From contig JAJOJK010000003.1 of assembly GCA_021208605.1 (NCBI GenBank), forward strand, positions 73,481 to 137,480: DNA of 64,000 nucleotides, written 5' to 3'. Below are positions 30,599-40,485 of this stretch, one piece after another. The translations under genes were made by a program, and so were the position numbers. The DNA comes from Candidatus Woesebacteria bacterium. Its GTDB lineage: Bacteria > Patescibacteriota > Microgenomatia > UBA1400 > UBA1396. The notes under the pieces were generated by a model. That model was not told the origin of the DNA, did not search any database, and saw only the letters and a list, made by a program, of their open reading frames with translations. Each line of letters starts with the position of its first letter. Position 1 is the stretch's first letter.

Positions 30599-33340
30599 GT
30601 GCGATACAATACCTCTATTGTGCGCACACTGATCCGCTGGTTAGGTACCGGATTCCTTTTTAGTTTTCTTTTGGTCGTTTTAGGCGGAAGTTCTGTTGTC
30701 GTGCAGGCGCAGTCCGCGGACACATCATCCAGTGGCGATCCCCTCGTTGGTCCCCACGAAGCCGGCAACTTGCCGAATATTCAAGATAAAGTTTCTGGTC
30801 TGCCAATGGTGGTCATTTTGCGCGCTGATAACTCGGTCGAAACATTTATCAGCACAGTTTCACGCTACTCGAGTGCCAATCCGCTTGTTATTCGTATCAC
30901 GGGTGTGCAAGACGGTATGTCCACCGCTGCCGCCGCCGATGTCGCCAATAAAATCAACCAACTGCAAGGGATTACGCCGCAAGGCACGATTGTCGTGTTT
31001 GGTAATGAGCTTAACAACTTAGAGCACGAATGGAAAAATCCGGGTATTGATGTCATTGAAGCGGGCCGACGGTATGCGCCGCTGTTCGCCGCTTTCCAAA
31101 GCGTTTTAAGCAATCATTTCCGCGCAGCCGCCTCACCGCTAGATACGTATAACGGTGATTACGCCTGGGATGGTTTTCTGGCTGGAGCGCTATCGGCGTA
31201 TGAACAAGCTGACGCCACAGTGGCTAATGCCTATGAGATTCCGCGTATTCGACCTGCCGATCAGACGGTCAGTGACATTCAGATGGTGATTGACAAAGTA
31301 CAAGCAGCGACCGGCAAGCCAGTCGATTTCCTCACCGAATACGGCTACGATCCCGAAGCAACTCTCGAAGAAAACGTCAAATTTCTACGCGAAAATAGTC
31401 CGCCCAACGGCCTCCAAGCCGCTACTCTGGTCCCCAACAAATGTGGTGATCGCGAGTTTAGTACTAGCGGCTTAACAGAAGATCCGTGGCTCTATTATGT
31501 GAACGGCGATGTCTACACCAAAGACGGCGTCAAAGTCATTGTTGGTGAAGGCAATAATTGTGATGGCTCAGAAGAATTCACTTCGCTTGATCCGGTTTTA
31601 ATTTATCCCCGCACCGATCGCGAAACCACCTCCCAAGGTGAGTTTGACCAATCGACCGAAGACGCCCTGTGGCGCAAATACCTGGCCAACTCGCAAGTGT
31701 ACTGTGGCCCGCGTCAACTCTATTTGTCGACTGAAGCAAACAACATCCTTATGAACAACTGTCAGGTATCGGGCAATCTCGGTCCGCAAGCTAACGGCGG
31801 CGATGCAGCCGATGATCGCATTTGTGGCCCATTTGAGTTCCCAGTCGTCGATACCGAATCCAAAACCACCGCGCAAAGCATGACCTTTCCACTCTTCCGT
31901 GATGACGGCGGCAGTATCAGCATCGAAGCCGATTTATCGCGCGTAGATCCGGAAGACACCTTCGTGGAAGCCGCTAAGCGCAACTCCAAACCAGAATACG
32001 CACCACAGTTTTACCTCACCACACCAGAGACACAGTGTGTCAACGCGGTGCGCTACGCCGAGTATGTTTCTAATGCCTGTGCCACCTTTTTTGAAGCCCA
32101 ACCAGGCAGCGAAGGCGACGATGCCCGCTGCGGTGGCGATATTCCGGTCACCTTGCCGGATGGCACCCAAACCACGGTCTTAGAATTAAAAGATTTGGTT
32201 CTGGGTGGAGAGCACGTCTGTAACAACTACAACCCCAGCGACAGCGAAGCCTTATTAACGCAAGCGGTGCAAAGTATCCAGCCGCACACGCCGCGCATCT
32301 TTAAGATGGGTTTCTTGGTGCAGTATACCTACTCGCATGATGAAAACGCGCCGTTGGTTGATCAATTCAGTACTGGTCTCGATATTGTGCAGAAAATCAT
32401 TAACTGGTTTGCCGGACAAGACGAGTCGAGCGTGGCGGCACTCGACGCCGAAGCCGGAGTCAAGTTAGACATTATTCCGGTCTGGTACCACGTTGGTATG
32501 GCCGCTTCGTACTTTGACTCTGCGCAGGCCAGTCGATCTTTCAATATTGATCCCGATGACACTTCAAATGTCGTCAGTAATGAAATTGGCATGTTTTCTG
32601 GAGCCCTCTGGCAAAACTACCTACCCGCCATGCAGCCACAACACCAAGAATTTTTAGCCAACACCTTTACCAAGTACGTAATCGGCAACAACGACATCAT
32701 GAAGTTCATGGCGAATCACTTCCAGGGTATTTCTAGTTTGCCACTGCAGAACAAAATCTTCTTTAGTAATGAAGACGTGTCCCAGATTACTGGCAAAGAC
32801 AGTGGTTGGGAACAAAATGCCTACGACAAGACTTCATACGAAAACGCGCGTCACCAAATTCCGTTACCATGTACCGATGGACAAGCCTGTTTTTGTTTTG
32901 GCGACGGCGAAAACGAACGCTGTGTGAACCAATCACGAGCAGAATTGGCGCAGTATTTCCCTGGTTCATTTGAACCCTCCGAAGAATACTTAAATGCTTT
33001 GCGCCGCCAAATTGTGTACCGCATCAATGCCGGAGTGCAATCAACATTCCGCTCTCCACAAGAGATTATTGACCCTGACACCGGCGAGCGCTGGCAAGAT
33101 GGCTCTTTGTCGATGCGCAACTTCCCCGGCGGCGATCTGGAAGCCTGCGGCTTAGACCAAGAAAATCTGCGCCAGGGCTACCAAGAAGAAGTGGCTGAGA
33201 TCGGTTCCAAAGCCGTCCAAACAGAAAAGCCGGCCGACGCTCCCAGCGACGCTCCGTGGTACTCCTTTGTCACCGAATTGCGCTCAAAAGTCATGGGGTG
33301 GGGTGGTCGTGACGACATGACCGGTCGGCCGCGATCTTGA
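30599..33340 (+). CDS. Large secreted protein with N-terminal clan GH-A-like glycoside hydrolase domain
   Basis: Signal peptide; VFGNELNN (acid/base-like), FLTEYG (nucleophile-like); paired Cys. Confidence 0.65.
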   Translation: MRYNTSIVRTLIRWLGTGFLFSFLLVVLGGSSVVVQAQSADTSSSGDPLVGPHEAGNLPNIQDKVSGLPMVVILRADNSVETFISTVSRYSSANPLVIRITGVQDGMSTAAAADVANKINQLQGITPQGTIVVFGNELNNLEHEWKNPGIDVIEAGRRYAPLFAAFQSVLSNHFRAAASPLDTYNGDYAWDGFLAGALSAYEQADATVANAYEIPRIRPADQTVSDIQMVIDKVQAATGKPVDFLTEYGYDPEATLEENVKFLRENSPPNGLQAATLVPNKCGDREFSTSGLTEDPWLYYVNGDVYTKDGVKVIVGEGNNCDGSEEFTSLDPVLIYPRTDRETTSQGEFDQSTEDALWRKYLANSQVYCGPRQLYLSTEANNILMNNCQVSGNLGPQANGGDAADDRICGPFEFPVVDTESKTTAQSMTFPLFRDDGGSISIEADLSRVDPEDTFVEAAKRNSKPEYAPQFYLTTPETQCVNAVRYAEYVSNACATFFEAQPGSEGDDARCGGDIPVTLPDGTQTTVLELKDLVLGGEHVCNNYNPSDSEALLTQAVQSIQPHTPRIFKMGFLVQYTYSHDENAPLVDQFSTGLDIVQKIINWFAGQDESSVAALDAEAGVKLDIIPVWYHVGMAASYFDSAQASRSFNIDPDDTSNVVSNEIGMFSGALWQNYLPAMQPQHQEFLANTFTKYVIGNNDIMKFMANHFQGISSLPLQNKIFFSNEDVSQITGKDSGWEQNAYDKTSYENARHQIPLPCTDGQACFCFGDGENERCVNQSRAELAQYFPGSFEPSEEYLNALRRQIVYRINAGVQSTFRSPQEIIDPDTGERWQDGSLSMRNFPGGDLEACGLDQENLRQGYQEEVAEIGSKAVQTEKPADAPSDAPWYSFVTELRSKVMGWGGRDDMTGRPRS

Positions 33341-33341
33341 T

Positions 33342-34619
33342 ATGAAGAAAGAGCAAGTCGACGTCACGTTCCTCATTCTTCCTGACGACGCCATGAAAAT
33401 CGGCATCATGCAAAATACTTTGCTGCAGATGTTCTTGTCGCCAGAAACGTATACATCGTTAATTAACGGTGAAAACGACATTTTGCCAGTCCGCGACATG
33501 TGGATTGCCGACGACGTCGAGGTCGATGGACAGGGCTTTGACCCCATTGTTTCCGCCCATCTGCGCGTCAATGGCGTCGATCGCCGTGTCACTGCCGAGG
33601 CCGAAGGCTATGTCCAAGTGAAGTATGTAGGGTATAACTTTGTTGGCGATTGTGGTTCTCCAGAAGGCTGTTCGTGTGGTTCGGAGATCATTTCGGAATC
33701 TATCGATCCCAACTGGATTCCCAAAGACCAAGCGCAAGAACAGTCACCGACTCCAGCTACCAACTGTCAGGGATACGAAATTGTAGAAGAAAATGCCGTG
33801 GGAGTTCGTGGCGACATCCCTGGGAACAGCCCTGACGAACGCCCAGAAGCGCCCGGACAGCTCTTCGCCTTGTTTGAGTACGTCCGCCGCATGGCTTTCA
33901 CCCCGCTGCATATGCAAGCCTACACCGAATACCCTGGACTGGAAGAGTTTTATAGTGGCGGTGCCAACGCCGCCCTGCAGCAAAATGCGCTCGATCGCTT
34001 AAACAGCAACACGCCAGGCGAATGTGTCTACCAACCGCGCACAATTGATGTCGCCGCCGAGTGGGGCTACAGTTCCAACTTACAGAATCCAGCCCAAGAT
34101 CCGTTCCGTGATGACATCTGTCGAGTAGCTGGTGCAACGGGAGTGCCGGGCGAGTATTTGCGTGCCATCTTGGAAATTGAAGCCAGTCCGTTCTTACGCG
34201 CCGTGCGTGGTGCTGGACGAGGAACATATAACCCAGGGCCGACATCCTTTATATGTGGCGCAAATAGCTCGGGAGCCGTTGGCCCGATGAATGTTATTGT
34301 TGGGCAGTGTTCCACAAATCCTCTCACTCAGAATTTGCAAAATGGTGCAAATAGCCTTGATCCCGATCTCTGTACCATTGAAGGGGGCATGACCGCAGCC
34401 GCCAATCTGATTCAAGGACATCAGGGCATTGTTCGTCGCGCCCCTTCGCAGAGTCAATATGATTATTTGGAAGCTTTAGCGGAGCGATATCTCGGTGTCG
34501 GGAGTTGTGAAGAACTCGGTAATCCGAATGACGGTGAACCAGCCTATCCTGGTGGTCCAGACTACTGTGCGTATGTCGCTGGTATGGCCACAGGAAAATT
34601 TGCAAATTACTGCAATTAA
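33342..34619 (+). CDS. Lytic transglycosylase (SLT-like) domain protein, probably the C-terminal part of the previous ORF
   Basis: YLRAILEIEAS, GAVGPMNV, AAANLI, AERYLG; no signal peptide or SD; frame open back to 33321. Confidence 0.6.
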   Translation: MKKEQVDVTFLILPDDAMKIGIMQNTLLQMFLSPETYTSLINGENDILPVRDMWIADDVEVDGQGFDPIVSAHLRVNGVDRRVTAEAEGYVQVKYVGYNFVGDCGSPEGCSCGSEIISESIDPNWIPKDQAQEQSPTPATNCQGYEIVEENAVGVRGDIPGNSPDERPEAPGQLFALFEYVRRMAFTPLHMQAYTEYPGLEEFYSGGANAALQQNALDRLNSNTPGECVYQPRTIDVAAEWGYSSNLQNPAQDPFRDDICRVAGATGVPGEYLRAILEIEASPFLRAVRGAGRGTYNPGPTSFICGANSSGAVGPMNVIVGQCSTNPLTQNLQNGANSLDPDLCTIEGGMTAAANLIQGHQGIVRRAPSQSQYDYLEALAERYLGVGSCEELGNPNDGEPAYPGGPDYCAYVAGMATGKFANYCN

Positions 34620-34693
34620 ATCAATCTATTTTATGATTAGCAATCTTTTATTGCGTTTGATAAATGCGGATTTCCTGTATAATACCTACTCTT

Positions 34694-35101
34694 ATGTGGA
34701 ATCGCATTCAACATTGGTGGCAAGAGCAGGCGCGGAAGCAGGTGATGCAGTCCGTGATTGCTCCAGTTGAGCCCATCGACATTATTCGGGCTGATGGTTT
34801 GGCCGAGCACGATGTGTTAGCACAGGTCGACCTGTTGCAGGAAATGTCGCGCATTGATGCGGCTTTGGCGAAAGAGCTCGGTATTTACCAGCCTGAAACG
34901 GTCAATGAACGCAAAGAAATAGTAGATTCACTCGGGAAAAAGATGCTGGCCGACGTTATTCCTGTTTCGTTTACGATCCAAGGACAAGAGCGATCCTCCC
35001 GCTGGGTGGTGGTCGATCGCAGTACTGAAATGCATTTAGTTACGCTCTCTAAGCGCGATGTGGAAGATTTCTACATTTTTGTGCAACCAGCACAACAATA
35101 A
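34694..35101 (+). CDS. Hypothetical protein
   Basis: 135 aa; TATAAT upstream; co-oriented with mnmA. Confidence 0.65.
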   Translation: MWNRIQHWWQEQARKQVMQSVIAPVEPIDIIRADGLAEHDVLAQVDLLQEMSRIDAALAKELGIYQPETVNERKEIVDSLGKKMLADVIPVSFTIQGQERSSRWVVVDRSTEMHLVTLSKRDVEDFYIFVQPAQQ

Positions 35102-35122
35102 ATAAAACGATACGATAGATAT

Positions 35123-36220
35123 ATGAAAGTCGCTGTTGGTCTCTCTGGTGGTGTAGATTCGTCGGTCTCGGCGCATCGTCTGGTGGAAGCCGGTCATGAA
35201 GTCACTGGCGTCTTTTTGGAGTGCTGGCGCGCGCCTGGGTGTCGGGCGGAAGAGGATCGTAAAGATGCTCTTAACGTGGCTTTGGAACTCGGGATTCCGT
35301 TTCAAGTTTTGGATTTTAAGCAAGCTTACCGCGATCGCGTGGTGGAGATCTTTTTTGAGGATTATAAGCGTGGATTAACGCCAAATCCCGATATTTGGTG
35401 CAATACGGAGATAAAATTCGGTTTATTTTACGATTGGGCCATGGAAAATGGCTTTGATGCCATTGCAACTGGTCACTACGCGCAAATTTACGAAAAAAAT
35501 GGTCGAAAAGTGCTGGCTCGCGGTAAAGATCGCAAAAAAGACCAGACAATCTTTTTGCATCGCTTAACACAAGAACAGTTGGACCACGTTTTGTTCCCGA
35601 TTGGCGATCTCGAAAAAGGCGAAGTTCGCGCCGAAGCGCATGAGCGCGGCATCATTGTGGCCGACAAGCCCGATTCCCAAGGTATTTGTTTTATTGGCGA
35701 TATTGACGTGCGTGATTTCTTGCGCGAGCGGCTCGGTGAAAAGCCTGGTGACGTCTTGGACACAGAAGGAAATATTGTTGGTCGTCATCAAGGTGTGTGG
35801 TTTTACACCATCGGCCAACGCCATGGTTTTGAGCTTTTCCCCAAGATTCACACGGCGCGCAAAGAGTGGAAGCATGTTTTACCACCGCTCTACGTGATTT
35901 CCAAAGATGCCGATGCGAACACCATTACTGTCGGCTACGGCGCGGAGACTTTAGAAAATGAAGTTCTGGTGCGTGATGTGTTTTTGCGTGATCCAGATGT
36001 GGCTGCGCGTTTGCGCCAGCAGGATTCTTTTGCTGTGGCGGTACGGATTCGCCATGGTGGCAAGACGTTAGCGGGTACTTTTGGCTGGGAAGAGAGAGAT
36101 GAATCTACGGCAAAGATTACTTTAGAAGAAGCGCAGCGCGGTGTTGCGCCTGGTCAGGCCTTAGTTTTGTATGATGCTGAGGATGCGGAAGTGTGTTTGG
36201 GCGGGGCGTATATTTGCTGA
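35123..36220 (+). CDS. mnmA: tRNA 2-thiouridylase MnmA
   Basis: SGGVDS, TPNPDIWCN, ATGHYA, KDQT, DSQGICFIG, YTIGQR, APGQ. Confidence 0.98.
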   Translation: MKVAVGLSGGVDSSVSAHRLVEAGHEVTGVFLECWRAPGCRAEEDRKDALNVALELGIPFQVLDFKQAYRDRVVEIFFEDYKRGLTPNPDIWCNTEIKFGLFYDWAMENGFDAIATGHYAQIYEKNGRKVLARGKDRKKDQTIFLHRLTQEQLDHVLFPIGDLEKGEVRAEAHERGIIVADKPDSQGICFIGDIDVRDFLRERLGEKPGDVLDTEGNIVGRHQGVWFYTIGQRHGFELFPKIHTARKEWKHVLPPLYVISKDADANTITVGYGAETLENEVLVRDVFLRDPDVAARLRQQDSFAVAVRIRHGGKTLAGTFGWEERDESTAKITLEEAQRGVAPGQALVLYDAEDAEVCLGGAYIC

Positions 36221-36470
36221 TTTGACAGCTTTTTGTGATATAATGAGCGCTATAGATAGAACAAGAACGTATTGATGAGCTCGGAGAAAAGTACTTTAAA
36301 CTTGTCGAGGAAGCTCAACAGGCTGGTGAGGATTCTGATTTTACATTCATTCCTTTTCTTCTGCTCACTCCTCGTGAAGAAAAAGAACCTTCTAATATTA
36401 TTCCATTCCCAGGGAATAAAAAACCAAATAAGAGATAATCCTACTGAATACAGTAAAGATTGGAAAATGT

Positions 36471-36938
36471 ATGAGTAAGTCTCCTGATAGAAACCTTTTG
36501 TATTTCCCTGACGATGGTTCTAATGAATCACTCCCGTTGATTCCTGATCCTGAGGAAAATATCGACACAGAATCAGTAGAAACATGGCAAGATTTTTTTG
36601 GTGAGGATACAGAAGCCTTTAAAAAGTTTTTAGAAGTTGCTACTTTTTATCAACTTAATGAGCAAAAAAAGGGTTGTTTCTTTGCTTTGCTTGAATTTAT
36701 TCGAAATAAATTTGGGAAAAAACACGATACTCAGCAACTAAATATTCCTAAAGATCTTCTTGATAAAATGACTGCTGAGTGGAATAAACTATCGCCAGAA
36801 GAACAAAAAAGAAGAATGGATGTGCTTAAATCAGATAGAACTGTTCAGGAAGCTGTCGACGAATTAGCAAAACAAATCCGCGAACGGCGTGCTCAACAGC
36901 AGTCAGGCAGTGATTCGGACGATACCCGATTTACTTAA
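36471..36938 (+). CDS. Hypothetical protein (AT-rich)
   Basis: 155-aa ORF. Confidence 0.65.
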   Translation: MSKSPDRNLLYFPDDGSNESLPLIPDPEENIDTESVETWQDFFGEDTEAFKKFLEVATFYQLNEQKKGCFFALLEFIRNKFGKKHDTQQLNIPKDLLDKMTAEWNKLSPEEQKRRMDVLKSDRTVQEAVDELAKQIRERRAQQQSGSDSDDTRFT

Positions 36939-36962
36939 GATAGGGACCCTAAAACTCCCTGC

Positions 36963-36990
36963 TTGACACCTCTCTAACATTTGGTAATAT
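36963..36990 (+). promoter_or_regulatory. 16S rRNA promoter
   Basis: TTGACA-16 nt-TAATAT with extended TG. Confidence 0.75.
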
Positions 36991-37366
36991 ACATATCTAC
37001 GAGCCAAGGTCTCAGTGACCGACACCACACTTTATCGGTGTCGCGAGAGAAACCAGTCTCGGTTCCAATTGAGTTCTTTTTGAACAACCGATGTTGGAAG
37101 GCACTGCCAAAGCTGGAAACAGCAACGTAGATGCCGATTTCATATTGTTCTTGAACAAGTAAAGACTCGTCAATTCAAATGATTTATTTCATATGAAAAA
37201 ACAAAACGTGAATATATCTTCCAGATATATTCATAGCTTTCAATAACAACGAAATCGAGACATAGCATCTCGATTTACAATTTTTGATAACAAACAGTAT
37301 ACGGACTGGCAGGATGCATTGGATTTTGCATTCTGCACAATCTGTGTCAGAATCATTTTCCGTTAT

Positions 37367-38863
<1,497 letters not shown>

Positions 38864-39023
38864 AAGGAGTGTCGGTATGAGTCTCACGCCTCATTCCGGA
38901 TTACGAGCAATCGTAACAAAACTCTGAAGTCCTGTGGACATATGTGCCCAGGCCTTCCTGCCAGTCCGCATGTTGTTTGTGTCAAAAACCCAAATGAGTC
39001 TTTACAAGAACAGATGACAAAAG

Positions 39024-39046
39024 AACCGCTATTGAGCGGTTTTTTT
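39024..39046 (+). terminator. Terminator after 16S (may be bidirectional)
   Basis: AACCGCT-attg-AGCGGTTTTTTT. Confidence 0.85.
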
Positions 39047-39083
39047 GTGCGTGTTTTGATTATGTGCTTTTGATATAAAAAGT

Positions 39084-39611
39084 TTATTGTTGGAAAACAG
39101 AAATCAAAAAAGTAACGTGTTCACTCAGTGGAACGCCAATAAGTTTGGCGCCACTTTCGATATCTTCCCGAGGAACAGCGGCCGCGAACGCTTTGTTTTT
39201 TAATTTCTTTTTTACGGAAGACCACTTCATGCCCTCAAACCTACCTGGGTGAACCTTTGCTACCGCATCCATGAACCCAGAAATTTCATCACAGGCGAAC
39301 AGATACTTTTCGATATTGGTTTCTGGTTGCTTACCGGTTCGTGCAGGTGCATGGGCACGAATAGCATCAAGAATTTCGTCTGAGATCCCGTGTGCTGGCA
39401 ATATTTCGTCACAGGCTTTGTTGGGATGTTCGTCAGGATATTTTTCCCAGTCAAGATCATGGAGAAGGCCAGCAATGTACCAGTCTTCGCTGTTTTCACC
39501 GAGTTTGGTGGCATACGCTTCCATGGCTTGCGCAACCATCTCGCAATGTCGGCGGAGAGCTGGATTATCAATATATTCAGTGAGGAGTTGCTGAGCTTCG
39601 GATTTGGTCAT
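39084..39611 (-). CDS. HD-domain hydrolase (HDIG-like)
   Basis: RRHCEMV, AGLLHDLD, AIRAH, LFACDE. Confidence 0.9.
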   Translation of the reverse strand: MTKSEAQQLLTEYIDNPALRRHCEMVAQAMEAYATKLGENSEDWYIAGLLHDLDWEKYPDEHPNKACDEILPAHGISDEILDAIRAHAPARTGKQPETNIEKYLFACDEISGFMDAVAKVHPGRFEGMKWSSVKKKLKNKAFAAAVPREDIESGAKLIGVPLSEHVTFLISVFQQ

Positions 39612-39704
39612 AGGGGCAGTATAGCAAGTGTTGTTTGTAGGGAGCGGTGCGGTTTCTGCTTACGATTTTGGCAATCTATGATACAATCAGTATCTCTTAC
39701 TCTT

Positions 39705-39778
39705 GAGGGTATAGCTCAGTTGGTTAGAGCGCAGTCCTGATAAGACTGAGGTCCCTGGTTCGAGTCCAGGTACCCTCA
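39705..39778 (+). tRNA. tRNA-Ile(GAT), CCA not encoded
   Basis: GAGGGTA/TACCCTC acceptor; CAGTC-CTGATAA-GACTG; own TGaTACAAT at 39679-39687. Confidence 0.97.
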
Positions 39779-39793
39779 CTATTTTGTGTTTTT

Positions 39794-39820
39794 GAGAGGG
39801 ACCGACCCTCAGGCCTATAA
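39794..39820 (+). repeat. REP-like copy R1, overlapping the RAYT stop codon
   Basis: GAGAGGGACCGACCCTCAGGCCTATAA. Confidence 0.85.
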
Positions 39821-40252
39821 TTTATAACCTCTCCCAACATGTTTCCAGTCTGAAAAGCCAGCATTTATCGGGTTATCAAGTATATATTGTCTCGTTTTGG
39901 CAACTTTCGCTGGCGGTACATACGCAGCTTTGTAAATATCTTGAAAAAGCCTCCCAACTCGTCCGTATTTTTTATTGATATACATGACATATCTGGTCAT
40001 GGTTTTTCGCATGAGGATTTCTATTGCTCTCGTAGTAACCTGGTATACCAGAAAGTGAAAATGGTTTGGCATGAGGCAGAAAGTATCTACAATTACTTCG
40101 CAGTACTCTTCTTGAAGTACCCTGCGCGTAATGGCTCGAAATACTTCATAATCTTGTTCCGAAAAGAATATTTCTTCTTTATTATTTCCACGGTTATATA
40201 TGTGAAAATAGCTGTTTGGTTGGTAATACTTTACCCGATTAATTGCTGGCAT
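39815..40252 (-). mobile_element. REP-associated tyrosine transposase-like HUH (Y1) protein
   Basis: FHIYNRGNN, FCLMPNHFHFL (HUH), GRLFQ, YILDNP; flanked by inverted REP-like copies. Confidence 0.9.
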
Positions 40253-40286
40253 GAAGCGATGGTAGCAAGAGAAGTGAACAAAAATA

Positions 40287-40311
40287 TTACAGGCTTGAGG
40301 GTCGGTCCTTC
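40287..40311 (-). repeat. REP-like copy R2
   Basis: Reverse complement GAAGGACCGACCCTCAAGCCTGTAA. Confidence 0.82.
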
Positions 40312-40327
40312 GAGCTCATAAAAAAAG

Positions 40328-40401
40328 TGGACCCAAGGGGATTCGAACCCCTGACCTCTTCATTGCAAATGAAGCGCTCTAGCCAGCTGAGCTATGGGCC
40401 C
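40328..40401 (-). tRNA. tRNA-Ala(TGC), opposite strand to the rRNA genes
   Basis: GGGCCCA/TGGGTCC with G3-U70; CTTCA-TTTGCAA-TGAAG; own TTACCA-17-TATAAT (40439-40411). Confidence 0.97.
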
Positions 40402-40446
40402 AAGAAGGGTATTATATCCTACTACTTGGATATTGGTAAGTAATGT

Positions 40447-40471
40447 TTATAGGCCTAAGGGTTGGTCCTTC
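40447..40471 (-). repeat. REP-like copy R3
   Basis: Reverse complement GAAGGACCAACCCTTAGGCCTATAA. Confidence 0.85.
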
Positions 40472-40485
40472 ATCCATCGGTCGAT

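Noticed and set aside
5588-36220. Alternative genetic code (TGA readthrough)
   Set aside because: dnaA and mnmA end at TGA at their expected C-termini, and conserved genes have no internal TGA.
36245-36440. Small ORF EQERIDELGEKYF...PNKR
   Set aside because: Looks coding but has no in-frame start; may be another indel or a remnant.
39815-40252. IS200/IS605 element with TnpB or IscB
   Set aside because: No tnpB/iscB; the motifs and dispersed flanking repeats fit a RAYT better.
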